A stretch of 54,321 bases of DNA from the IMG/VR virus record IMGVR_UViG_3300044788_000028, positions 1 through 54,321 of that record; one strand, given 5' to 3'. The translations under genes and the position numbers were made by a program. Shown piece after piece: positions 46,648-54,321 of the stretch. How positions within the stretch are numbered: position 1 is the stretch's first letter; each line of letters starts with the position of its first letter. Below the pieces are notes generated by a model. It had not been told where the DNA came from. It saw only the letters and a list, made by a program, of their open reading frames with translations, and searched no databases. This DNA is from a virus.

Positions 46648-49424
46648 TAGTGCCCCAAGACCTCTTTCGCAGACTGCCGATTGTTCTTCAGTGCCTTGAT
46701 TACCGCGCGGCTCCCGGGGCCGCTCTCCACCTGCCGCACCACGGCGTCGGGGTGCACCTCGATGACCACGCGGGTAATGTCGCGGTCGATCCCCCCCGTC
46801 TGCTTGTCCAGCAGTCCGCCGGGGGCGTTCGCCACCACGGGACCGCCCGAGGCGTAGTGCGTGACCCCTGCGCGCCGCAGTGGCGCCCCGCTGCGCATCG
46901 CCAACCGCAGGCGCTCGAGCTGCACGAGTCCGCCCATCTGTCGCACCATCTGCTTGTTCAGTACGAACTCTCCCGGCGTGAGCATCGCGCGCACGCTGTC
47001 GCCGGTGCCAGCACCGGGCACCGCGCCACCGGCGGCGAACTGGAAGCCACCGCTCGGGACCGGCACGCCGAGCGCCTTGGCCACGGCGGTGATGGCCTGC
47101 AAGACAAGGATCTGTTGGATCATCTGGAGGATAGCACTGATGAAGCTGCGCGCCATGTCCCCGAACGCCTCGCCGACGCTGTGCGTGCCGTCGGACAGTT
47201 CGCTCAGGAACGTGAGCAGGGAGCGCCCACCCGCGACGAGTGCGCCCTGCTGCATCTGTTGTAGCTGGGTCTTGGCACCCTGCGCGGCGACCACAATGTC
47301 GCCCAGCTTCACCAGTTGGTCGTCAATGGCGGCCACGATCGCCGGGTCAGACACGGTCCCGCGCAGGAGAATGAATGCCTGCGTCAGTTGCTCGACGTTG
47401 GTCCCCTGCGCCGCGATGAACTGGTTCTGTTTGGCAAGCGCCTGATCTTGCGTAAGCAGACCCACTGAAACCTCTTGGTTTAGCTGGGTCTGGTTCCGCG
47501 CAATGGCCTGCGACAGACGGTCCGCCGCGGTGCTCAGGTTCTCGAACTTCGCCTTGCCCGTCGCCGCGTCCGTGAACTGTTGCAAGGCGGCTGCCTGCTG
47601 CGCCCCGGTGATCCCGATCTGTGTGAGCTTGGTCTTGAGTTCCGTGACCTGCTGATCGATGCCAATGAGCGCCGCGTCCAGCGTGCGCCCCTGCGCCTCG
47701 GCGAGCGCCTTCTCAAAGTCAAGCCGGGCGTTGTTGAGTTCGATGTCCTTGGCACTGCGCTCCGCGCGCACCTGCGCGATCTGTCCCTCGGTGCGCAGTT
47801 GCACCATCTGGATTTCGTTCTCCGCCCCACGCAGAGCCGTGCGTGCCTGAATGGCGTCCGGACCATCAGGACGAATCTTCTCCTGCGCGGCAAGGGTCTT
47901 GGCCAACTCAACCGCACGCACGCGGGCTGCCGTCAACTCGGCGTTCCCCTGCTCACGGATGGCTTGCTCACGCGCGGCGAAGAACTGTGCGACGGTACTG
48001 CGGCCTTGATCAAAGCTCGCACTGGCCGCGCTCACGAACTGTGCAGTGAGTTCCTTGACGCGCCCCAACTGGCGGTCCAGTTCGGCGATGCGTGCGTCGC
48101 TCATCGCCTTCACGATCGCCTGCTGGTCGGTCGCCTGCAAGTGGAGCGTCTGCTTGATGGCTTCGCCCAACTGCTTGGTCTTCGAGAGGATCTGATCCGT
48201 GCTGAGCTTGGTCACGTCGATGGGTTCGATCTTCCCACCCGCCTTGCGCAGCGTCGTGACCGTCTGGTTCAGTTCTGCAATGGCGGCGTCGCGGGCATCC
48301 TTCGCGGCACCCTGCACGTCTTCCGGCTTGCCGAACAGGGACTTCCAGAGCGCCGCGCTGTCGTCTTCGCCCGCCTTCCGGAACGCGCGGATCTCGCTGT
48401 CCGCCGTGGTGAGTTCGTTGAGCGCCTCCTTGAAGTTCCCCTGCACCACGTTCGCCATCGCACCCGCCACCCCTTCGACGTTGCGCGTAACGAGGAAGGT
48501 GATATTGCCGGCGGTCTTGGCGATTTCATTGAGCCCGAACACAATGACCTTGACTGCGCCTCCTACGATCTCCCCCAACGTCTGGAAGACCGTGCGCGCG
48601 CCCTGCGTACTGCCGGTCAAGTCATCCATCGAGTTGACGGACTGCACGAGTCCCGGGATCACGCCCTCTAGGAAGGTGCGAGACAGGGTAGACGCCTGCG
48701 ACTGCAAACCCACCAGCGACGCGTTGAACTCCTCAGCGGCACGGACATCGGTCTCGCGCATGATCTGCCCGAGGCGTTCTGCTTCGCTGGAAGCCTTGGC
48801 GAACCCCTCGCCGCCCAGCGATTGCAGCAGTGCGATGAGCTTGGTCGCGCGCCCACCAAGCAAGGCCTGCGCGACCGTGCTCTTCGTCGCGCCGCTGGTG
48901 AAGTTGTTGAGCGCGGCACCCACACGGAGCAGGGACTCGTCCAGCGGGAGGTCGATCAGCTTACGCCAGTCGAGTCCAATCGCCGCGAACATCTGCTGCG
49001 TGGCGACGTTCCCCTGCTGCACTTCGCGCAGGGAGTTCGACAGTTGGTTGAACCCGAGCCGCAGGTTGACGAGGTCAAGGCCCATCGTGCGTGCGGAGAA
49101 CTGCAATACCGACAGCTTCTCGACGCTGACGCCGGTCTCTTGGCTGAACCCGCTCAGGGCCTCGGCGTTTTGGAGCGCGTCCGTCCCGAGTTGCAGGAAC
49201 CGATTGATGCCCAGCGCGGCTGCCGCCAGCCCGACAAGGTTCTTGATGGCGTCTTTCGCACCTGCGCCGAAGGAGGAGAACCCGGTGGCAGACTTCGCCG
49301 CCGCGTCAACCTCCTTGGTCTGCGCACCCATCTTCTTCAGCCCGTCAACCACCTGATTGATGGCGGCAGCGCCTTCCTTGCCGTCGCCAGTGATCTTCAG
49401 GTTCAGGGTAACATTGTTCGCCAT
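46647..49424 (-). CDS. Tape measure protein
   Basis: 925 aa, Ala/Gln/Leu-rich and helical, following the G/GT chaperone genes. Confidence 0.85.
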   Translation of the reverse strand: MANNVTLNLKITGDGKEGAAAINQVVDGLKKMGAQTKEVDAAAKSATGFSSFGAGAKDAIKNLVGLAAAALGINRFLQLGTDALQNAEALSGFSQETGVSVEKLSVLQFSARTMGLDLVNLRLGFNQLSNSLREVQQGNVATQQMFAAIGLDWRKLIDLPLDESLLRVGAALNNFTSGATKSTVAQALLGGRATKLIALLQSLGGEGFAKASSEAERLGQIMRETDVRAAEEFNASLVGLQSQASTLSRTFLEGVIPGLVQSVNSMDDLTGSTQGARTVFQTLGEIVGGAVKVIVFGLNEIAKTAGNITFLVTRNVEGVAGAMANVVQGNFKEALNELTTADSEIRAFRKAGEDDSAALWKSLFGKPEDVQGAAKDARDAAIAELNQTVTTLRKAGGKIEPIDVTKLSTDQILSKTKQLGEAIKQTLHLQATDQQAIVKAMSDARIAELDRQLGRVKELTAQFVSAASASFDQGRSTVAQFFAAREQAIREQGNAELTAARVRAVELAKTLAAQEKIRPDGPDAIQARTALRGAENEIQMVQLRTEGQIAQVRAERSAKDIELNNARLDFEKALAEAQGRTLDAALIGIDQQVTELKTKLTQIGITGAQQAAALQQFTDAATGKAKFENLSTAADRLSQAIARNQTQLNQEVSVGLLTQDQALAKQNQFIAAQGTNVEQLTQAFILLRGTVSDPAIVAAIDDQLVKLGDIVVAAQGAKTQLQQMQQGALVAGGRSLLTFLSELSDGTHSVGEAFGDMARSFISAILQMIQQILVLQAITAVAKALGVPVPSGGFQFAAGGAVPGAGTGDSVRAMLTPGEFVLNKQMVRQMGGLVQLERLRLAMRSGAPLRRAGVTHYASGGPVVANAPGGLLDKQTGGIDRDITRVVIEVHPDAVVRQVESGPGSRAVIKALKNNRQSAKEVLGH

Positions 49425-49436
49425 GACCGTGCTCCG

Positions 49437-50164
49437 CTAGTCGTCGTGCATGATCCACTCAGGGGGTTGCGGCATCTTCCCGTCCTTCGTGCCCCCCAGC
49501 ACGGCAAGCAGTTCGTGGTGCCGGTGTATCGCCAACAGGTCTTTCCGGTACTGGTGCTCATACGCTAGCAGGACCTCGCGCAACTCCCACCGTGCCACCC
49601 TCACGCACGTGTCCGGGTCGTACCCTGCCACCTCCCGCAGTAGGCGTGCCCACGGCCACCACGGGTCATTCTCCCACCGCCCCGCCTGCTCCTTCCGATG
49701 TCGTCGCGATCGGCGCGGGGCGCCGAACAGGTGCTCGAACTCCGCTAGGAGTTGCGACCGCTCGACAAAAAATCGCCCACCACCTGCGTCAGCATGGTGA
49801 CCAGTATCTGCTTCTCCTCCGTGTCCGTCAGGGTCGCCAAGAACACCGACGTCGACGCCGCGTGCTTTGGTGACCACTCCCCCTGCACCGGCACCAGCAC
49901 GCCGGCCAGTAGATCGCACACCGCGTCTGCTTCGAAGATACGGGTCACGACGCGGGTGAGGTACGCGTCGAGGGCGTCCGTGTCCTTGATGAGCGCGGCC
50001 TGCACCTCGAGGTCTGCTTTGTCCAGTCCGGCACGACGCGCCGCGTTCATCATCCACACATCCTGATCGAAGCGGCTGGCCCGTACCAAACGGAACTCAC
50101 GCTGAGTGGGGAACCCCCGACCCAGCGTGAGCACCGTCGCCGAATCCTTCGTGGCGGTGGTCAT
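49437..50164 (-). CDS. Tail assembly chaperone GT-like fusion (-1 programmed frameshift product)
   Basis: The G frame reads ...GDFLSSGRNS*. After a -1 slip on TTTTTTG, the second frame reads ...FFVERSQLLAEFEHLFG... and continues to the stop at 49437. Confidence 0.7.
49745..50164 (-). CDS. Tail assembly chaperone G-like
   Basis: 139 aa between the tube and tape measure genes, with a slippery site 7 codons before its stop. Confidence 0.75.
   Translation of the reverse strand: MTTATKDSATVLTLGRGFPTQREFRLVRASRFDQDVWMMNAARRAGLDKADLEVQAALIKDTDALDAYLTRVVTRIFEADAVCDLLAGVLVPVQGEWSPKHAASTSVFLATLTDTEEKQILVTMLTQVVGDFLSSGRNS
49766..49772 (-). promoter_or_regulatory. Slippery heptamer T TTT TTG for -1 ribosomal frameshifting
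   Basis: Plus strand caaaaaa at 49766-49772. In the G frame the codons are GAT TTT TTG, which fits X XXY YYZ. Confidence 0.7.
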
Positions 50165-50167
50165 GGC

Positions 50168-50986
50168 TTACGGAGCCAGACTCGGCGCATCGATCAGCTT
50201 GTACAGCGGCGAACTGGTACTGCCCCCGAACAGTCCCGCGCTGTCGTCGAGCAACTTGCACTTCAGGGTCCACGTCCCGAACTCGTTCTGGATCAGCCCG
50301 AGGTCGCCGTCACTGGTGAGGGAGCAGCGGTAGAACTCCGCGTCGCGGTTCGGCCCCTGCGCGTTGTCCGCGGCGAACCGGATCGCAGCCTCGACCACGA
50401 CTTCGGTGCCCGCGCGGATGCGCTTGTGCGCCACCGCAACGGCCCAATCGTAGTCTGCCACCAGACCAGCCGTCACGTCGATGGTGCCCCCTTCCGCTGC
50501 GCTGAAGATGCGGATGAACCCGCGCGCCGCGTCGGTGACCTCGTAGTCCGTGCCCTCGGTGTAAGTTGCCGGGGTGTCCGGTGCGATGTTCTTCAGCACC
50601 ACGCTCGAGACGAGTGGGTGCGCCAGCTTGAACAGCACATCCAACTCAAAGTCGTCTGCGGCGGCAAGGGGTTCCTCAACCACGGAGCCACCGGCAGACG
50701 CCCCCACGGATTCGATGTTGCCTTGCAGGAGGGCAGCGAGCACCTCCTCATTGAACTCGTCCCCTTGGATGGTGACGGTGACTTCGCGTTCGCTGGTGAT
50801 CTCCTTGTAGATCACGTTCGCAGCGATGCGCGAAGACTTCTTGGTGAGCTTGGTGTCGGCCGTGGCAATCGTCAGTGCTTCGACGTTGCCCATGTCGATG
50901 AAGTTGCCGCGCACGCCGCTCGTGATGCGCGCCCAGCGGACGATGCCCCGTCCGAGTTGCAGAAGGTCCGGCGATGGAGAACGCAT
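50168..50986 (-). CDS. Major tail tube protein, paralog B
   Basis: 272 aa. The N-terminal ~90 aa and C-terminal ~55 aa are near-identical to those of 51014..51826, while the middle has diverged. Confidence 0.7.
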   Translation of the reverse strand: MRSPSPDLLQLGRGIVRWARITSGVRGNFIDMGNVEALTIATADTKLTKKSSRIAANVIYKEITSEREVTVTIQGDEFNEEVLAALLQGNIESVGASAGGSVVEEPLAAADDFELDVLFKLAHPLVSSVVLKNIAPDTPATYTEGTDYEVTDAARGFIRIFSAAEGGTIDVTAGLVADYDWAVAVAHKRIRAGTEVVVEAAIRFAADNAQGPNRDAEFYRCSLTSDGDLGLIQNEFGTWTLKCKLLDDSAGLFGGSTSSPLYKLIDAPSLAP

Positions 50987-51013
50987 GGGACTGACTCCGG
51001 GGTGTGGTTGAGG

Positions 51014-51826
51014 TTACGCGCTGGGCGGATCGGTGAGTTCATACAACGGGGACTCCGTGCTACCCCCGAACAGTCCCTCACTGTCGTCGAGCAGCTTGCA
51101 CTTCAGGGTCCATGTGCCGAACTCGTTCTGGATCAGTCCGAGGTCGCCATCGCTGGTGAGCGACGCGCGGTAGAAGAACCCGTCGCGATTGGGTCCCTCG
51201 GCGTTGTCGGCGGAGAAGTGGACACTGGCCTCGATAACCACCTCCGTGCCCCCGTCGATCTGGTCACGGTCGATGGTCGCGCCGTAGTCGTACCCGACCT
51301 TGATCTCTGCCGCCGGATTGATGTCGCCACCGTCCGCCGCCAGCACAAGGTAGATGAGTCCGCGCTTTGCGTCGACGATGGTGTAGTCGTCGCCACCGCT
51401 GCCGGTGTTGGTGAACGTGGTCGCGCCCTGCTTCAGCGTCAGGTTGCTGATGAGTGGGTGCGCCGTCTGCAGGATGACACCAAGTTCGCCGGGGGTGCCC
51501 AGCGACTCCGCGTCCACCGCGATGGTACCACCACCCGCCGCAGAGACCACGGACTTGCTTCCCTGCAACAGCGCGGTGATGACCTCAGCGTTGAACTCAT
51601 CACCCTGCAGCGTGAGGGTGACTTCGCGCTCGCTGGTCACTTCCTTGTAGACGACGTTCGCCGCCACACGGGAGGACTTCTTCGTGAGCTTGGTGTCCGC
51701 CGTGGCGATGGTGCACGCCTCGACATTGCCCGCATCGAACCACGCGCTGCGCACGCCGTCGACGATGGGCGCCCAGCGGACGATGCCGCGACCAAGTTGC
51801 AGCAGGTCAGGCGATGGAGAACGCAT
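51014..51826 (-). CDS. Major tail tube protein, paralog A
   Basis: 270 aa. MRSPSPDLLQLGRGIVRWA... and ...LTSDGDLGLIQNEFGTWTLKCKLLDDS are shared with paralog B. Positioned upstream of the chaperone genes. Confidence 0.7.
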   Translation of the reverse strand: MRSPSPDLLQLGRGIVRWAPIVDGVRSAWFDAGNVEACTIATADTKLTKKSSRVAANVVYKEVTSEREVTLTLQGDEFNAEVITALLQGSKSVVSAAGGGTIAVDAESLGTPGELGVILQTAHPLISNLTLKQGATTFTNTGSGGDDYTIVDAKRGLIYLVLAADGGDINPAAEIKVGYDYGATIDRDQIDGGTEVVIEASVHFSADNAEGPNRDGFFYRASLTSDGDLGLIQNEFGTWTLKCKLLDDSEGLFGGSTESPLYELTDPPSA

Positions 51827-51908
51827 GGCACAACTCCGAGCAAAAGGTGGTCAGGTTTACAACGGGAAAGTTCATGGTAGTTCCCTACAGGCACAACCAA
51901 CGTGGACT

Positions 51909-52505
51909 TCAGGTCAGCCGCCGCACGCGGCAGGTGGCCAGCACGGCGCCGAACATGGTGGCATTGTGAACTCCCATGCGCACCCGGAACTGTTCCAGCT
52001 TGAGGATCTCTGTGACTTCCACGGAACCCACCGCGCCTTCGCCGCCCAGCGTGCGCCACGTATCCCCGTTACTGTCAGCCGGGATCGGCACCTTGCTGAG
52101 CTTGGGTTCGTTGAAGGCGAGCAGGGAGTCACTGACGGCGGTGAGCACGTAGTCACCCCGACGCCGGGAGAAGAGTTCCGGCTGGTCACGCTCGATGTAG
52201 CTCAGGCCGATCTCCACCCCGTCGAAGTCCAGTTGCCCACGGTTCCGACGCACCATGCTCGGCGTGGAGACCTGCGCGACCAGTGCGAGCGCAGGCACGA
52301 CCGTGGGGTTGTAGCGCGGGAACATGCAGGCGTCGTCCACGTCGTTGTAGATGGTGACGGGAAGTACATCGGTGCCGATGGCAAGTTCGTCCTCGTCGTT
52401 GCCGTCGAGACCCGTATCGATCATGGCGTCCAGCAGCGCACGGACGCCATAGTCCTCGTGGGTGTTGACCCAGCGAGTGATGATGCGCGTGAAGCGGGTG
52501 TTCAT
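51909..52505 (-). CDS. Head-tail joining / tail terminator candidate
   Basis: 198 aa. The call rests only on its position between the connector and tube genes. Confidence 0.45.
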   Translation of the reverse strand: MNTRFTRIITRWVNTHEDYGVRALLDAMIDTGLDGNDEDELAIGTDVLPVTIYNDVDDACMFPRYNPTVVPALALVAQVSTPSMVRRNRGQLDFDGVEIGLSYIERDQPELFSRRRGDYVLTAVSDSLLAFNEPKLSKVPIPADSNGDTWRTLGGEGAVGSVEVTEILKLEQFRVRMGVHNATMFGAVLATCRVRRLT

Positions 52506-53020
52506 GTGGCCACCTGACGGATGCGTCCTTCGATGAGGTAATCGCGGATACTTTGGCGGATGTCCTCGAGCACCACCGGCGGCAGGGGGTCAGGGATCAA
52601 CTGGCGCTCCGGAATGATCCCCTTGCCGGGTCCCGTGGTCTGCTGATGAAAGTCGGCGTACGCGACACGCGTGCCGAACAGCAGGGAGAAACGGTCCGTG
52701 GTGTAGATGCTGCCTTCCGCACCGCGTACCGTCAGCGACTTGAGCAGACGCCCTTCGCGGATCATTATTGGATGTGCACCCCCGTATCCCTTCCCTTCGC
52801 GGTCGCGGATCGTGCTCGGGGCCAACTCCGGCCATCCACTACCGAACGCGTCGCCTTCGGTCGCGAACTGGATCTTCACCATCTCCCGCAGCGTGCCGAG
52901 GATGGGACCGCCGAGCACGGGGCGGTAATCCTCAAAGCGCCCAGCGAGCAGGGCGAACTTGACCTGCGCCTCTGACGCGTCGAGGACAGTGCTCAGACCG
53001 GCAATCGCGGACTGTGCCAT
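52502..53020 (-). CDS. Virion morphogenesis / head-tail adaptor protein (Mu G-like)
   Basis: 172 aa. GSGWPELAPSTI...IMIREGRLLKSL...FGTRVAYADFHQ resembles the Phage_tail_S / Mu gpG family pattern (from memory). Confidence 0.55.
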   Translation of the reverse strand: MAQSAIAGLSTVLDASEAQVKFALLAGRFEDYRPVLGGPILGTLREMVKIQFATEGDAFGSGWPELAPSTIRDREGKGYGGAHPIMIREGRLLKSLTVRGAEGSIYTTDRFSLLFGTRVAYADFHQQTTGPGKGIIPERQLIPDPLPPVVLEDIRQSIRDYLIEGRIRQVAT

Positions 53021-53466
53021 TACAGAGGCTCCGTCTGTCCATAGCCCTGCGTCGGGGAGACGCCCCCGCCCATCGTGCGCGAGGACCGCACGGCGCGGAT
53101 ACGCCCGAACGCCTCGACCATGTTGTTGCCTGCGGCAACGGCGGACTGCACCTGCGTGATGATCTCGAGCGCCTGCGGGTGAATGGCCACGTCGCGATAG
53201 GTCACGGACTCCGCCTGCGCGCTCGAGGTTTCTGATGCGACTACAAACGGGTCTAGACCCGCTTCCACCTGCATGTTCAGTTGCAGCACGACCGCAAGAG
53301 ACACGCGTACAAGCTGCGCGGCGCTCAGCCGGGCTACCATACGGTCGGTAAGACCAAGCAGCGCCTCAGCCACTTCCTGTTGCGCGGCGTACTGCGTGGC
53401 GCTCTGCGTCAGCAACGCGAGCACTTTCGGCGAACGCAGCGCGTTGCTGCTGATGTCGATGAGCAT
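53020..53466 (-). CDS. Head-tail connector candidate
   Basis: 148-aa ORF. A start at 53466 overlaps the upstream ORF by 100 nt; the alternative ATG is at 53343. Confidence 0.45.
   Translation of the reverse strand: MLIDISSNALRSPKVLALLTQSATQYAAQQEVAEALLGLTDRMVARLSAAQLVRVSLAVVLQLNMQVEAGLDPFVVASETSSAQAESVTYRDVAIHPQALEIITQVQSAVAAGNNMVEAFGRIRAVRSSRTMGGGVSPTQGYGQTEPL
53249..53260. promoter_or_regulatory. GGGTCTAGACCC 12-bp palindrome, copy 3 (inside coding sequence)
   Basis: Read directly: acgGGTCTAGACCCgct. Confidence 0.5.
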
Positions 53467-53776
53467 CGGATGGTTCCCTTGCTGCGGCGATCGCAGCGGT
53501 GAGTTCGGCTCGCGACAATCGCGAGTAGCGCTTGATCTTCAGCACGCGCGCCTCTGCCTTCATCTCGGTCCACGATTGGTTCGGTACGAGCGCGCCATTC
53601 GCCAGCAGCTTGCGGCCGACCCCGCACACATACCCCAGCGCCTTTAGCTTGGAGATGTTGTGCCCCGTGGCGACCAGCGCTGCTTCATCACCGGGACGAT
53701 ACACGCGATCATCCCCATGCAGTTCGAACGCGCGGACAATGCAGAAGGTGTACATGACTACAAGGTGCCGTGGCAC
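53366..53776 (-). CDS. Hypothetical protein with Rho-N/SAP-like helix-extended-helix segment
   Basis: EMKAEARVLKIKRYSRLSRAELTAAI resembles a Rho_N/SAP motif. The start is GTG 53776 or ATG 53755. Confidence 0.45.
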   Translation of the reverse strand: MPRHLVVMYTFCIVRAFELHGDDRVYRPGDEAALVATGHNISKLKALGYVCGVGRKLLANGALVPNQSWTEMKAEARVLKIKRYSRLSRAELTAAIAAAREPSDAHRHQQQRAAFAESARVADAERHAVRRATGSG

Positions 53777-53801
53777 CCGTTCGTAAAGCTAGAGAACCCA
53801 A

Positions 53802-53827
53802 CGGCGCCGGGGTCACACCCGGCGCCG
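53802..53827 (-). terminator. Rho-independent terminator-like hairpin after the capsid operon
   Basis: 10-bp perfect stem cggcgccggg / cccggcgccg with a 6-nt loop. On the minus strand it is followed by TTGGGTTCTCTAGCTTT. Confidence 0.5.
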
Positions 53828-53859
53828 CTGAGCAGGTTCCCTAGCACCAGCGGTTCCAT

Positions 53860-54153
53860 TTACGCGGCCGTCTCGTACTCGATGCAGACATCGGTCACCA
53901 CCACACCGGGGCCGGCGAAGTCGATCCCGCCCGCATCGGCCTCGACCAGCACGCCCTCGTCGTAGAGGTTGGTGCGGCTTTCCGGAGCAGCCGGCAGACT
54001 TTCCGCTGCAATGCTGATCAGGCCAAGCGCCCGCAACTGGCGGGCTTGTACATCCGAGATCGCCGCCTTGAGCGCGGTCTCGTCTCCCACGTCGTAGTTC
54101 ACCCCGAGATAGGTGAACTTGCAAAGGATGGTAAGGTCAGCGGTCGTGGACAT
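53860..54153 (-). CDS. Hypothetical head-associated protein
   Basis: 97 aa from the ATG at 54153. It is the first gene downstream of the capsid gene across the circular junction. Confidence 0.5.
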   Translation of the reverse strand: MSTTADLTILCKFTYLGVNYDVGDETALKAAISDVQARQLRALGLISIAAESLPAAPESRTNLYDEGVLVEADAGGIDFAGPGVVVTDVCIEYETAA

Positions 54154-54176
54154 GTTTGTAGTATCCCGTAGTGGAG

Positions 54177-54211
54177 CGGCCCGGCGCCCGCCTTGTGCGA
54201 ACGCCGGGCCG
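54177..54211 (-). other. 10-bp GC stem / 15-nt loop hairpin between the capsid gene and the next gene
   Basis: cggcccggcg (54177-54186) pairs with cgccgggccg (54202-54211; this arm also occurs at 8-17). There is no U-tract. Confidence 0.45.
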
Positions 54212-54321
54212 TGCCTGCTCTCCGCTACGCGGGTTAGACGCCCGCGTCGACGACGTACAGCGCCTGCTCGTTCGGCAGCGCGAGCGCGTTCACCTGACAC
54301 TCAACCGTCAGGTCACGCCCA
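54195..54321. repeat. 127-bp terminal direct repeat, copy 2
   Basis: Identical to 1..127. Confidence 0.9.

Noticed and set aside
53343-53466. The 100-nt out-of-frame overlap between ORFs 53366..53776 and 53020..53466 as evidence of a frameshift or recoding event.
   Set aside because: The downstream gene may simply start at the internal ATG at 53343, which removes the overlap. No slippery site was seen. The start is left unresolved in the feature table.
1-54321. A lysogeny module (integrase, excisionase, CI-like repressor, attP).
   Set aside because: No ORF shows tyrosine or serine recombinase motifs or a repressor-like HTH-peptidase architecture. This absence is by-eye only and does not prove a strictly lytic lifestyle.

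Overview
The window is a complete tailed-phage genome with high G+C. Its first 127 bases are repeated exactly as its last 127 bases, which fits a circular-assembly overlap, so the unique length is 54,194 bp. The tail is siphovirus-type: tube protein, G/GT chaperones and tape measure, with no sheath gene.

All of the roughly 80 genes I can support lie on the minus strand. They are tightly packed, and I counted about 23 ATGA/GTGA stop-start overlaps by eye. The long plus-strand ORFs in the track look like antisense shadows.

Gene order in the direction of transcription (descending coordinates):
- 11404 to 40: packaging and head. HTH/zinc-ribbon protein, small terminase candidate, terL, portal, metallophosphoesterase, SPFH protein, Mu-F-like protein, scaffold, decoration protein, and a lambda gpE-like capsid protein.
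- Wrapping to 54153, then down to 40574: connectors, two paralogous tube proteins, G/GT chaperones with a TTTTTTG slip site, tape measure, a GTA/lambda-like tail tip, and a LamG fibre.
- 40551 to 38272: lysis genes.
- 38106 to 26358: replication. SNF2 helicase, an SSB-like protein, AEP primase, and two UvrD-like helicases.
- 26361 to 14093: a DNA-modification and replication island.
- 14096 to 11732: small genes.

Most interesting points:
1. A 7-deazaguanine DNA-modification cluster (dpdA, folE, queD, queE, queC) is interleaved with polA, a beta-clamp, a NUDIX hydrolase and two deoxyribosyltransferase-like genes.
2. FolE is fused to a Gpt-like guanine phosphoribosyltransferase domain.
3. QueC appears to have lost all four zinc-binding cysteines.
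4. Six low-G+C paralogous Endo VII-type nuclease genes are wedged, with overlapping start/stop codons, between the modification genes and polA. There is also an orphan N-terminal fragment of a possible seventh copy.
5. Unexplained DNA structure includes a 47-bp inverted repeat upstream of the packaging genes, a recurrent GGGTCTAGACCC palindrome, and an 11-bp-phased TCTAG array.

I found no tRNA, CRISPR array, integrase or repressor. All domain calls come from motifs read by eye and need HMM or structure confirmation.
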